63,008 nucleotides of DNA from assembly GCA_009886035.1 (NCBI GenBank), contig VFJN01000090.1:1-63008 (forward strand). The letters run 5' to 3'. Source of the DNA: Actinomycetota bacterium. GTDB taxonomy: Bacteria; Actinomycetota; Acidimicrobiia; Acidimicrobiales; VFJN01. Under the pieces are notes generated by a model. The model did not search any database. It was not told the DNA's origin and was given only the letters and a program-made list of their open reading frames with translations. Below are positions 28,442 to 38,005 of this stretch, piece by piece. A program made the position numbers and the translations under genes. The stretch's first letter is position 1; every line of letters begins with the position of its first letter.

Positions 28442-30618
28442 CGCCACGTCGCCGATGGCAACCGGCCTGGACCACTGGCCCCCAAGGTCGTTTCCTCGTG
28501 GCCAGCGGCGCGGGAGCCGCCGTGGCCCTCGCCCTGTTCACGTTCGTGATCACCCGCGGGCGCCCCGATCTCCTCCAGTGGCAGCGGAGTGGGGATTTCT
28601 ACGACGCCCAAGCCCACGCCTGGCTAGCGGGCCGCTGGAGCATCCCCGATGGGATCTTGAGTATCGAGAAGTTCCTGCACGACGGGCGCGCCTACATGTA
28701 CCAGGGACCGTGGCCGGCGGTGCTGCGGCTCCCCCTCGCGGCGCTGACCACTCGCTTCGACTCCCGTCTCACCCAACTCTCCATGATGCTCGCCACCCTC
28801 GTGGCGATGGCGGGAACCACCCGTCTCCACTGGCGGATCCGGTCCCTGGTGCGCCCGGCCACGCCGCTACGGCGGAGCGATCTGGCCGCCGCCGCCCTCA
28901 TCACCTTTGCCGTGGGCGGTGGCTCCACGTTCCTCTTCGAAGCCAGCCGGGCGTGGGTGTATCACGAGGCCTCGTTATGGGGCGCCGCCTGGACCATCGT
29001 GGGGATCGACGCCGTCGTGGGGTGCGTACAGCAGCCGAGTCGGCGTCGCTTCGCCTGGGCGGGATTAGTCATCACCCTGGCGATGTATTCTCGGAGTTCG
29101 GTGGCGCTGGGAGGCGTGGCCGCCATGGCCATCCTGGCCGGCGGGAACCTCATCCTGCGGATGCCTTGGCGGCGCGGTCGTACCTCCCCGTGGTTCGCCT
29201 GGGCCGGCAGCGCCAGTCGCCCCGACGGCCGTGTTCCGGTGCTGGCCCCCGCTCTAGCCGCCGGCATTCCCGTGGCTCTTTACGCCGCGGTGAACTACAT
29301 CAAGTTCGCCACCCTCTTCTCCATCCCGTTCTATAGCCAGGGCTTCACCATCGAAGACGCCCAGCGGCGCCAATTCCTCGATGCCAACAACGGCACCCTG
29401 TTTGGCCTCAAATGGGTCCCCACCACCGTGGTGCAGTACATCCGACCCGATGCCCTCCGTTTCACCGCTGCCTTCCCCTTCATCGATTTTCCCCCGCCTG
29501 CCCGTCCCTTCAGTGGCGTGCAGTTCGACCTAGTCGACTACGCCAGCAGCCTGCCGTCGTCCATGCCGGTTCTGGCGGTGCTGGCGGCGCTCGGGGTCTG
29601 GGCCCTGCTGCGGGCCCCGCGCCAGCGCTCGGGCACCGGCGTGGCGGCGCTGCGCGGGCCCGCCCTCGGTGCCCTGGCCGGGGGGATCACCATCCTCCCC
29701 TTTGCCTACGTCGCCAACCGCTACCTCACCGACCTCATCCCCGCCCTGGTGATCCTCAGCCTCATCGGGGTTCACCACCTGCTGGCCCGCAGCACCGCAG
29801 TGGCTGATCATCGGCCCCGCTGGGCCGTTCCCGTATGGGCCACGCTGGGTGTTCTCCTGCTGGCAGGGGTATGGGTCAACCTCTCCCTCGGCCTCGTCTT
29901 CGGTCGGCTCTACAGCTCTGATGTGAAAGACGACGTCGCCATAGGCTTCCTCGACACGCGCTACGACGTGGGCCAGTCGCTCGGGCGCGAGCCGTTCATC
30001 CCGCTTCAAGCCGGTGAGGGCCTCCCCAACGACGCCCGGCGCGGTCAAATCGCCATCATTGGCGATTGCGAGGCCATGTACCTGGCCGACGGCATGCCCC
30101 TCAACGCGTCGAAGCATCATGCCTGGAACCCGTTGATGCGTTCTGAAGCCGGCGGCCGCTATTTGCGCACCATCACGTTCCCGGCCGAAGCGCCCGGCAC
30201 CCGACTGCCGCTGTTCACCCTCACCAGTTCGGCGGGCGACGGGCAGCTCTATGCCGAATGGATGGGCGGCGCCGGGGTGCGGTTCACCTATCAGGGCCCC
30301 GGGAGCGGCTATCGCAGCCCCACGTTGTTCCTCCCCCCCGATCGTACGTACACCCTCGATCTCGTCGTCGATCCTCGGCTCGAGTTTGTCCAGATCTGGC
30401 TCGACGACGTGCTGGCCTTTCAGAGTTTCTATACAACCCCCGCCGACGCGCTGATCACCGTCGGCGCCGATATCCTCGGCGACCCGTTGCTCGCTGATAC
30501 CTACACGGGCCGGTTCGACCCTCTGCCGGAACGAAATGTGCGCCGCTGCGAGGAACTGCGGGACGAAGGGCTCGCCCAGCAAGCTCAGTCCACCGATGAC
30601 AACTCGTACACGAACTGA
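28429..30618 (+). CDS. Polytopic membrane protein, GT-C-like glycosyltransferase candidate (paralog B)
   Basis: 729 aa. First-loop 'SGDFYDAQAHAWLAGRWSIPD'. Collinear similarity to 14553-16631 through the TM region and the C-terminal domain. Confidence 0.65.
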   Translation: MPPVTPRRRWQPAWTTGPQGRFLVASGAGAAVALALFTFVITRGRPDLLQWQRSGDFYDAQAHAWLAGRWSIPDGILSIEKFLHDGRAYMYQGPWPAVLRLPLAALTTRFDSRLTQLSMMLATLVAMAGTTRLHWRIRSLVRPATPLRRSDLAAAALITFAVGGGSTFLFEASRAWVYHEASLWGAAWTIVGIDAVVGCVQQPSRRRFAWAGLVITLAMYSRSSVALGGVAAMAILAGGNLILRMPWRRGRTSPWFAWAGSASRPDGRVPVLAPALAAGIPVALYAAVNYIKFATLFSIPFYSQGFTIEDAQRRQFLDANNGTLFGLKWVPTTVVQYIRPDALRFTAAFPFIDFPPPARPFSGVQFDLVDYASSLPSSMPVLAVLAALGVWALLRAPRQRSGTGVAALRGPALGALAGGITILPFAYVANRYLTDLIPALVILSLIGVHHLLARSTAVADHRPRWAVPVWATLGVLLLAGVWVNLSLGLVFGRLYSSDVKDDVAIGFLDTRYDVGQSLGREPFIPLQAGEGLPNDARRGQIAIIGDCEAMYLADGMPLNASKHHAWNPLMRSEAGGRYLRTITFPAEAPGTRLPLFTLTSSAGDGQLYAEWMGGAGVRFTYQGPGSGYRSPTLFLPPDRTYTLDLVVDPRLEFVQIWLDDVLAFQSFYTTPADALITVGADILGDPLLADTYTGRFDPLPERNVRRCEELRDEGLAQQAQSTDDNSYTN

Positions 30619-32021
30619 TAGCTGAACAGTTGGGGACGAATCGCCACCAGCGATCCGTCTAGTCGGCGCAGCCCATCGCGCATCCCGCCGCCGCCGCCCG
30701 CCCCGGATCCCCCGCGATCGGCTACCTCCAGCGGCAGACCGATCGCTTCCTCGCGACGAATCTCCCAGCCGTTCGAATGCACCAGATGGGCGAAACTTCG
30801 CTTGGTGAAGAACCGCAGGTGCCCACGGTCCAGAATGCCGCGGGCGTCGTAGTCGAAGCGACCAACCGCCACTCGAACGCGCGGATACCAATGGCCGAAG
30901 TTGGGGATGCTGGTAATCACACTCCCGCCCGATCGAAGCACCGACCGCGCCGATTCCAGCACATTCTCCGGCGATCGAACGTGCTCGAGGACATCCGCGC
31001 AGAGCACCACGTCGAAATTGTCTCCGACCCCCTCGGGGATCCCCGCCTCGAGATCGGCTTGGAAGAAAGCGGTGAGCCGACCCTGCACACCCTTGTGTTC
31101 CTCGAGGTCCACCCCGATCACTTCATGACCCATCTCCATGAGGCGAGCCCCCAACTCCCCGTCGGAACAGCCAAGATCTAAAATGCGCGAGGGCGGTCGC
31201 AGGCTCATCCACCGCTGGATCCGACCGTGGGACGAAGCATCACCGGCTTTGATGTCGTAGGCGCTGGTCGAGAACGCTTTCGACCCGGTGCCGAAGCCCA
31301 TCTTGTGGGCGCGATAGCGCAACACATCCTTGACGACGTCTTTGGCGTACCCCAAACCATCGACGTAACAGATCTCGTCGCCGTAGTAGGTGGGGATGGG
31401 GATCTCTTGGATCCGGTACCCGGCCTCATGGAACTGAATGATGATCTCCGTGTCGAAGTTGAACCCGTCGGCGTTGACGGCGAGCGGGAGCGCCGCCAGT
31501 GCCTTCACGTCGTAGGCCCGGTAACCGGAGTGCCACTCCGAGAGTTCGGTACCGACTACCGCATTTTGGAAGGTGGTGAGAATCCGGTTGCCCACGTATT
31601 TGTAGGCGGGCATCCCGCCGAGACGGGCTTCGCCATGGTTCATGATCCGCGACCCGAATACCGCTTCCGCTCGGCCCTCCACAATCGGCTTGATCATGGA
31701 GGGCAGTAACTCGGGGGCATACTGGCCGTCGCCGTGGAGCAACACCACCACGTCCCACCCATGGTCGATGGCGTACTGGTAGCCCCACTTCTGGTTGCCG
31801 CCGTAACCGAGGTTGTGTTCGTGACGGACGATGCGCAGCGGTAGTTCCGGAGAAATCTGCTGGTAGCCCAGCGCCACGAGGTGGGTGGAATCCTGGCTGT
31901 AGTCGTCGCCGATGAGGATCTCATGAATCTCCCCCCGGAAATCCAAGGGGATGCGGTCGAGGGTCTGCGCGAGAGTGTTGGCGGCGTTGTAGGCAACCAC
32001 GAGAATTCCAACCTTCTTCAT
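30585..32021 (-). CDS. Fusion protein: N-terminal GT2 glycosyltransferase plus C-terminal class I SAM-dependent methyltransferase
   Basis: N-terminus 'VGILVVAYNAANTL...IGDDYSQDST...LLHGDGQY' (GT2). C-terminus 'ILDLGCSDGELGARLMEMGHEVIGVDL...FDVVLCADVLEHV' (methyltransferase motifs I-III). 478 aa. Confidence 0.8.
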   Translation of the reverse strand: MKKVGILVVAYNAANTLAQTLDRIPLDFRGEIHEILIGDDYSQDSTHLVALGYQQISPELPLRIVRHEHNLGYGGNQKWGYQYAIDHGWDVVVLLHGDGQYAPELLPSMIKPIVEGRAEAVFGSRIMNHGEARLGGMPAYKYVGNRILTTFQNAVVGTELSEWHSGYRAYDVKALAALPLAVNADGFNFDTEIIIQFHEAGYRIQEIPIPTYYGDEICYVDGLGYAKDVVKDVLRYRAHKMGFGTGSKAFSTSAYDIKAGDASSHGRIQRWMSLRPPSRILDLGCSDGELGARLMEMGHEVIGVDLEEHKGVQGRLTAFFQADLEAGIPEGVGDNFDVVLCADVLEHVRSPENVLESARSVLRSGGSVITSIPNFGHWYPRVRVAVGRFDYDARGILDRGHLRFFTKRSFAHLVHSNGWEIRREEAIGLPLEVADRGGSGAGGGGGMRDGLRRLDGSLVAIRPQLFSYQFVYELSSVD

Positions 32022-32118
32022 CGTCCGATCCTACTGGCCGTTGGGCGACCCAGGAAGATCTTGGACCCACCGGAGCATGACTCACCCCGGCACCCGTGAG
32101 GAGTCATGCTCTATTTCC

Positions 32119-33651
32119 ATGAGTCGCCGCCCCCTCACCATCACCCACAAGATCGTTATGGTGTTGGTGGGCCTCGTGGCGGTGGTGGCGGGCGGGGTGG
32201 TCGCCTTCGCCACGGCTCCGAACGGGCCCGCCCTCAGCGTGGACTCCGCCTCCTACGAACTCGCCGCCACCGCCTACCGAGACGAACCGTGGCGAGTTCC
32301 CCTCGTCCTCAACGGCGTGTTCCCGCCGGGCTACTCCGCCGCTATCGCCGGGGCTCGCTTCGGGAGCGCCACCGCCCGCGAGGCCGCCCGGGTGGTGAAC
32401 ATTGCGTGTCTCATGGCCATCATCGTCATGGTGGCCGCCGCGGTGGCCTCGGCCCGGCCCCGCCGCGGCGCCGATGCCGTCGCGGCGCCCGTCGCGGCGG
32501 CATTGCTTCTGGCTACCTCCGCGGCCATGTTGCGCTGGACGGGCTACGTCATGGCCGAGGTCATCTCCATCACCGCCGTGGTGGCGGCGGTGACTACTGC
32601 GGCGATCGCCCTGACGCGACCGCGATGGTTGGTGGTGGTCGGGGCCGCGGCCGGGGCGGCGGGGCTCGCCCGCCATGGTGCACTCATCACCGTCCCGGCT
32701 TTGGCGCTAGTGGTTCCCGCTCTGGTGCAGGGGCGGCGAGCGCAGGCGCGGGCCGGGGCCACCATTGCGCTGGTGGGCGCCGCCACCTGGTATTTCGGCA
32801 CTCGCCTCCTGCTCGATGGCCCGCCGCAATCCAGTCGGGCGATCGTGTGGCATCCACCGGGGGTCGGCGACCTTCGTGCCCTCGTCGACACCCTCGGGGC
32901 CTATTGGCTGCCGAGCGCCCTGGGCTCCACCCTCACCCGGGCGGTGGTCCTGGCCGCCGGGGGGCTGGCAGTGGTGGTCATCGCCCGGGCGGCGGTGAGG
33001 GGCGGTCCGGGGCGCGCCGACCACCGGCCGCCGGTGGTCATCTTGGCGGGCGGAATGGCCCTCGCCCAGATCCTCGTACTGGCGGTCAGCAAGGCGTGGC
33101 TCGATAAGGCCATCGTGGCCGACGAACGCCTCGTCCTGCCCGTGGTACCCCTGGTGATCCTCATGCTCGGCGCGGCCTGGCCGGCCGACACCACCCACCA
33201 ACCCCGACGTCGCGCCATCGGGGCCACGCTGGTGGTCGTGGTGCTCTGCGCCCAACTCGCCCGCACCAGCGACTGGATCCACCAATCCCGAGGCGATGGC
33301 ATCGAGTACGGCCAGCGTCGTTTCGCCACCTCGCCCACGCTCGCCGCCGTGCGCTCCCTCCCCGGAACCGCCCCACTGTGGACCAACGATGTAACGCTGC
33401 TGTCGCTGCGGGCCGACCGGCAAGCATTCCCCGTGCCCGCCCGTACCAACGGGTACAGCGGCCGTCCCGATCCCACTTTCGATGCCAATCTGACGGCTCT
33501 GCGCGATGGCGTGGCCGCGGGAGGGGCGGTGGTATACGTGGAGGGATTCACCTATCCGCTCTTGCTCCCCCGGGACGAACTGATGGCGTTGGTACCCGGT
33601 TTGGTGGCCGAACCCTTTGCTGATGGCGTCATCCTGCGGGCCGGGGCCTGA
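32119..33651 (+). CDS. Polytopic membrane protein, GT-C-like candidate
   Basis: About 510 aa from the ATG at 32119. It has roughly 11 Ala-rich TM helices, a first-loop 'SVDSASYELAATAYRDEPW', and a roughly 110-aa C-terminal soluble tail. Family not assigned. Confidence 0.5.
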   Translation: MSRRPLTITHKIVMVLVGLVAVVAGGVVAFATAPNGPALSVDSASYELAATAYRDEPWRVPLVLNGVFPPGYSAAIAGARFGSATAREAARVVNIACLMAIIVMVAAAVASARPRRGADAVAAPVAAALLLATSAAMLRWTGYVMAEVISITAVVAAVTTAAIALTRPRWLVVVGAAAGAAGLARHGALITVPALALVVPALVQGRRAQARAGATIALVGAATWYFGTRLLLDGPPQSSRAIVWHPPGVGDLRALVDTLGAYWLPSALGSTLTRAVVLAAGGLAVVVIARAAVRGGPGRADHRPPVVILAGGMALAQILVLAVSKAWLDKAIVADERLVLPVVPLVILMLGAAWPADTTHQPRRRAIGATLVVVVLCAQLARTSDWIHQSRGDGIEYGQRRFATSPTLAAVRSLPGTAPLWTNDVTLLSLRADRQAFPVPARTNGYSGRPDPTFDANLTALRDGVAAGGAVVYVEGFTYPLLLPRDELMALVPGLVAEPFADGVILRAGA

Positions 33652-33670
33652 CCTCTCCTAGGATCCAGGC

Positions 33671-34345
33671 GTGTCTGATTCTGTTGCCCTCGTCCACGGG
33701 TTCGCCACCTCGAGTGCTCGTACCTGGGGCGACAACGGATGGCTCGACCTCCTCGCCGATGCGGGCCGTCGCCCGCGGCCGATCGATCTGCTCGGCCACG
33801 GCACCGCCGCCAAGCCCCACGACCCGGCGGCCTACGACGCCATGGAGCAATTGGTGCTGGCTCAGCTCCCCGCCGAACCGGTCGACGGCATCGGCTTCTC
33901 ACTCGGTGCCCGGGTACTGCTCAGTCTCGCCAGCGAGGTGCCCGAGCGCTTCGAGCGCCTTGTCCTCACCGGCGTCGGCGCCAACCTGTTGCGCAGCGAC
34001 GGCAGTGATCTGGTGCTCCGGGCCATCCAGGGCGAAGGTGATCCCGCCAATCCCGTCGTGGCGTACTTCGCCGGCCTAGCCCAGCACCCCGACGTGGATC
34101 CGCTCGCCCTCGCCGCCTGTCTCCGGTCGTCGCGTCCCGCCCTGAGCCCCGAGCGCCTCGCCCGGGTCACCATGCCGGTCCTGGTGATCATCGGCGACCA
34201 AGACTTCGCCGGCCCCGGTGAGCCATTGGTCGATCTGCTTCCTCAGGGCAAACTGGTCACCTTGCGCAACATCGATCACTTCGCCACCCCCAAAGATTTT
34301 GGCTGCATCGATGCCGCCCTCACGTTCCTCGGAGCCTCCCTGTGA
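33671..34345 (+). CDS. Alpha/beta-fold hydrolase
   Basis: 'VALVHGFATSS' (oxyanion region), nucleophile elbow 'GFSLGA', C-terminal 'DHF'. 224 aa. Confidence 0.78.
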   Translation: MSDSVALVHGFATSSARTWGDNGWLDLLADAGRRPRPIDLLGHGTAAKPHDPAAYDAMEQLVLAQLPAEPVDGIGFSLGARVLLSLASEVPERFERLVLTGVGANLLRSDGSDLVLRAIQGEGDPANPVVAYFAGLAQHPDVDPLALAACLRSSRPALSPERLARVTMPVLVIIGDQDFAGPGEPLVDLLPQGKLVTLRNIDHFATPKDFGCIDAALTFLGASL

Positions 34346-34352
34346 CGCCGCC

Positions 34353-35012
34353 ATGAGCCGCGATTTCATCCTCGGGGTCGACCTCGACGGCGTCTGCGGC
34401 GACTACACCGCCGGCTTCCGTGCCGTGGTGGCCGCCGATCGCCAGGTGGACCCGGAGACACTCGTGGACGCCCGCACCTGGGACTTCGCCGAATGGGGCA
34501 TCACCGGTCCCGAGGAGTTCGACCGCCTCCATCGTCTGGCGGTGCTCGAACACCACATGTTCCGCACGATGCCGGCGTTGCCGGGAGTAGCCGAGAGCCT
34601 CTGGCGACTTTCTGATGCGGGGGTCTGGATCCGCATCATCACGCATCGCCTCTGCGTGAACTGGGGTCATGCCGTGGCCGTGGCCGACACCGTGGCCTGG
34701 CTCGACGACACCGGCATCCCCTACCGAGACATCTGCTTCTTGGGGGCCAAACCCGAGGTGGAAGCCGATGCCTATGTCGACGACGCCGCCCACAACGTGG
34801 AGGCCCTGCGAGCAGCCGGCAACGCCGTAATCGTCTTTGATGCCCCCTATAACCAGGCGGTCGAAGGCCCCCGAGCGTCTACCTGGGCGGAGGTGGAGAC
34901 CTTCGTGCTCGACTTGGTCAGTGAGCGCGGGATACCCCTGCAGCCCACCCTGCCTGGTCTCGACGAGGGTGCCGATCGCCTCACCCATCGCGTCACCCAC
35001 CCCTGGGGCTAG
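34353..35012 (+). CDS. HAD-superfamily 5'(3')-deoxyribonucleotidase-like phosphatase
   Basis: HAD motif I 'GVDLDGVCGDY' at the N-terminus and later 'YVDDAAHN'. About 219 aa from the ATG at 34353. Confidence 0.6.
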   Translation: MSRDFILGVDLDGVCGDYTAGFRAVVAADRQVDPETLVDARTWDFAEWGITGPEEFDRLHRLAVLEHHMFRTMPALPGVAESLWRLSDAGVWIRIITHRLCVNWGHAVAVADTVAWLDDTGIPYRDICFLGAKPEVEADAYVDDAAHNVEALRAAGNAVIVFDAPYNQAVEGPRASTWAEVETFVLDLVSERGIPLQPTLPGLDEGADRLTHRVTHPWG

Positions 35013-35111
35013 CCCACCCTCATGGCGTTGGCGTCGATGGCGCTGGAGCGATACCGGGCGTCCGGCGCCGATGAACCCAATCTTCACTGTCACCACCGGC
35101 CACCTCTCGCG

Positions 35112-35891
35112 TCATGTGTTTTGCACGGTGAGGCCACCATCCACCGCGATCACCGCGCCGGTGGTGAACGAGGCCGCCGGCAACAAAAGCGACAGGGTGA
35201 TCTGGGCCACTTCTTCGGGGTCGCCGTAGCGCCGCATCGGCACCCGTCGCCGAGCGAATTTGGCCTTGTCCACGTCGGGTATCGCCTCGGTCATGCCGGT
35301 GTGAATCGGTCCGGGGCAGACACAATTGACCGTGACCCCTCGAGGGCCGAGTTCCACCGCCAGCGACCGCGTGAGGCCCACCACCCCGTGTTTGGCGCTG
35401 GTATAGGGGGCGATGAACGCCGTGGCTCCGAGGCCCTCGGTCGAGGCGATATTCACCACCCGTCCGGCCCCGTGGCGGGAGAGATCCGGCAGCGAGGCGC
35501 GGATCATGCGGGCGTAGGCGGTGAGGTTGACGGCCAAGGTCTGCGCCCAGGCATCGTCGAAATCCTCGTGATCGATCGGGGCCGGGATGCTGATGCCGGC
35601 GTTGTTCACCAAAAGATCGATCGGCCCCAGGGCCGCCCGGGCCTGCTCCACGGCGGCCGTGATGGCGTCGCCCTCCGCCAGATCCACCACCACGGCCACG
35701 GCCTGACCCCCATTGGCCACGATGTCCTGCGCCACGGCCTCCGCCGCCTCCCGGCTGCGGTCCAGCACCGCTACCGAGGCGCCTTCATCAGCCAGGAGGT
35801 AGGCGGTGGAGCGCCCCATGCCGCTGGCGGCACCGGTGACCACGGCCACCTGATCGACAATCGAGCGACTGAGACGGGTGAGGCGAGCCAT
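35112..35891 (-). CDS. Short-chain dehydrogenase/reductase (FabG-like)
   Basis: 'VTGAASGMGRSTA' (T-G-x3-G-x-G), 'NNAG', catalytic 'YTSAKHGVVGLT'. 259 aa. Confidence 0.9.
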   Translation of the reverse strand: MARLTRLSRSIVDQVAVVTGAASGMGRSTAYLLADEGASVAVLDRSREAAEAVAQDIVANGGQAVAVVVDLAEGDAITAAVEQARAALGPIDLLVNNAGISIPAPIDHEDFDDAWAQTLAVNLTAYARMIRASLPDLSRHGAGRVVNIASTEGLGATAFIAPYTSAKHGVVGLTRSLAVELGPRGVTVNCVCPGPIHTGMTEAIPDVDKAKFARRRVPMRRYGDPEEVAQITLSLLLPAASFTTGAVIAVDGGLTVQNT

Positions 35892-35994
35892 GGCCGCACC
35901 CTAGAACCATGGGATGAACCCGCGGTCGCCAAGCCGGTGCGGTGGATGATCCCCGCACCCCCGGTCCGGGTTCTCGGGCTGCGAGTGGCAGGCT

Positions 35995-37284
35995 GTGGCG
36001 ATGGACGCTCGTGCCCTCCTCAATTTCATCGATGCCTCCCCCTCGCCGTTTCATGCCTGCGCCACCGTCGTCGCCCGGCTCGAGGCGGAGGGGTACCGGG
36101 AAGTTTCCGACCAATCCGCCTTCCCCACCGACCCCGGCCGCTATGTTCTGCGGCGGGGCGGAAGCTTGGTGGCGTGGGCGGTAGCGCCCCAGCACCGGGC
36201 GACGGATGGCTTTCGAATCATCGGGGCCCACACCGATTCGCCGAATCTGCGATTACGGCCCCACCCCGATACCGGCGGTTACGGGTACCGGCAACTGGCG
36301 GTGGAGGTGTACGGCGGGGCCCTGCTCAACTCTTGGCTCGACCGTGACCTCGGGCTGTCGGGGCGGGTTGTGGTGCGCGGGGCCCACGGCCCGATGGAAC
36401 AACTCATCCTCATCGACCGTCCCATCGCCCGGGTGCCGCAACTCGCCATCCACCTCGACCGCGCCGTGTCTACGGCGGGGCTGCTGCTCAACCCCCAGGA
36501 GCATCTGTATCCCATTTGGGGCCTCGGCGATCCCCAGCAAGGGGATGTGGCCCACTTTGTGGCCGCCGAGGCCGGGGTGAGCGTCGACGACATTCTCGGG
36601 CTGGACGTGATGCTCCACGACCTCACCCCCAGCACCTTCATGGGGGAGAACCAAGATCTGATCAGCGCCCCCCGTCTCGACAACCTCTGTTCCTCCTGGG
36701 CCGGGATGGAGGCCCTCGTGGCGGCCACTCACCCCGCGGCCCCCGCCGCCGCCCCCATTCCGATCCTCGCCTTGTTCGATCACGAAGAGGTGGGTTCGTC
36801 ATCCGATCGGGGGGCCGCCTCACCGCTGCTGGAGGGGGTGATCGAGCGCATCGGGCTGGCCTTGGGGGGTGGACGAGACGAGCACCGGCGGGCCCTCGCG
36901 GCCTCGTGGTGCTGCTCGGCCGACATGGCCCACGCTACCCATCCGAACTATCCGGAGCGGCACGAACCGGGCCACTTCATCGACCTCGCCGGCGGCCCCG
37001 TGCTCAAGATCAACAGTAACCAGCGCTATGCCACCGATGCCCTCTCCGGGGCGGTGTTTGTGGTGGCCTGCGAGCAGGCCAATGTGCCGCTCCAGCGCTA
37101 CGCCCACCGCGGCGATCTCCCCTGCGGTTCCACCATCGGACCGATCACCGCCACCCGAATGGGGATCGCCACCTTCGACGTCGGAGCGCCACAGTTGGCC
37201 ATGCATTCGGCTCGCGAACTGTGTGCCGCCGGTGAACCCATCCGCTACGCCCAGGCCATGACGGCGTTCCTCTCCCCCGCGTAG
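35995..37284 (+). CDS. M18-family aminopeptidase (aspartyl aminopeptidase-like)
   Basis: 'LLNFIDASPSPFHA', 'GAHTDSPNLRLRP', 'FDHEEVGS', 'SADMAHATHPNY'. 429 aa. Confidence 0.88.
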   Translation: MAMDARALLNFIDASPSPFHACATVVARLEAEGYREVSDQSAFPTDPGRYVLRRGGSLVAWAVAPQHRATDGFRIIGAHTDSPNLRLRPHPDTGGYGYRQLAVEVYGGALLNSWLDRDLGLSGRVVVRGAHGPMEQLILIDRPIARVPQLAIHLDRAVSTAGLLLNPQEHLYPIWGLGDPQQGDVAHFVAAEAGVSVDDILGLDVMLHDLTPSTFMGENQDLISAPRLDNLCSSWAGMEALVAATHPAAPAAAPIPILALFDHEEVGSSSDRGAASPLLEGVIERIGLALGGGRDEHRRALAASWCCSADMAHATHPNYPERHEPGHFIDLAGGPVLKINSNQRYATDALSGAVFVVACEQANVPLQRYAHRGDLPCGSTIGPITATRMGIATFDVGAPQLAMHSARELCAAGEPIRYAQAMTAFLSPA

Positions 37285-37386
37285 GCCATGAGGGGTAGGC
37301 GCTCCGGCCGCCAGGCGAGGCGGCGAGTTGGTCCTGGACAATCAGGGCACACTGTCGGGGTGGATGATCACGACCGGCAACAGCGG

Positions 37387-37548
37387 ATGTGCGGGAGCAA
37401 GGCCCGCCATCGGAACCAGGCGGCGGCCGAGGAGGCTATCGAGCGTCGCCGCTGGGACCAGGCCTCCGGTGATCCGGCCCTCTCGTGCTACCCCTGCGAC
37501 TACTGCCACCAGTGGCACCTCACCAGTCAGACCCCCCGATGGTCATAA
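37387..37548 (+). CDS. Small Cys-containing hypothetical protein (53 aa)
   Basis: '[48 protein letters not shown]': a C-x2-C-x2-C-x3-H cluster at the C-terminus, immediately upstream of msrB. Support is weak (no clear RBS seen). Confidence 0.3.
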   Translation: MCGSKARHRNQAAAEEAIERRRWDQASGDPALSCYPCDYCHQWHLTSQTPRWS

Positions 37549-37565
37549 TCCGGCAGACTGTACCC

Positions 37566-37973
37566 ATGCCCGACGAACCCTCCCTCCCCCTTCCTACCGA
37601 CGACGAACTGCGCGCTCGGCTCACCCAGGAGCAATACAACGTCACCCAGAAGGGCGGCACCGAGCGGGCCTTCAGTGGTGCCTACTGCCACACCAAGGAC
37701 CCCGGCTCGTATCGCTGCATCGTGTGCGATGCCGAGCTCTTCCACTCTGCCACCAAGTACGACTCGCACAGTGGCTGGCCTAGCTTCACCGACCCGACCC
37801 AGCGCGACGCCGTGCGTTTGCTCACCGACTCCAGCCACGGCATGGCGCGCACCGAGGTGCGCTGTGCCCGCTGCGATGCCCACCTGGGGCATGTGTTCCC
37901 CGACGGTCCCGGTCCTACCGGTGAGCGTTACTGCATGAACAGCGCCTCGCTCGTGTTACTGCCCGAAGACTGA
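37566..37973 (+). CDS. msrB: Peptide-methionine (R)-S-oxide reductase
   Basis: '[11 protein letters not shown]', 'SGWPSF', '[21 protein letters not shown]', 'RYCMNS' (two CxxC pairs plus the catalytic Cys). About 135 aa from the ATG at 37566. Confidence 0.92.
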   Translation: MPDEPSLPLPTDDELRARLTQEQYNVTQKGGTERAFSGAYCHTKDPGSYRCIVCDAELFHSATKYDSHSGWPSFTDPTQRDAVRLLTDSSHGMARTEVRCARCDAHLGHVFPDGPGPTGERYCMNSASLVLLPED

Positions 37974-38005
37974 CAACCAGCGCGCCCGGCGCTAGGATCG
38001 AACGT

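Noticed and set aside
35022-36347. 441-aa + strand ORF spanning the SDR gene and the start of the aminopeptidase gene.
   Set aside because: It is antisense to or out of frame with two motif-supported genes, and its composition is Gly/Arg/His/Pro-rich.
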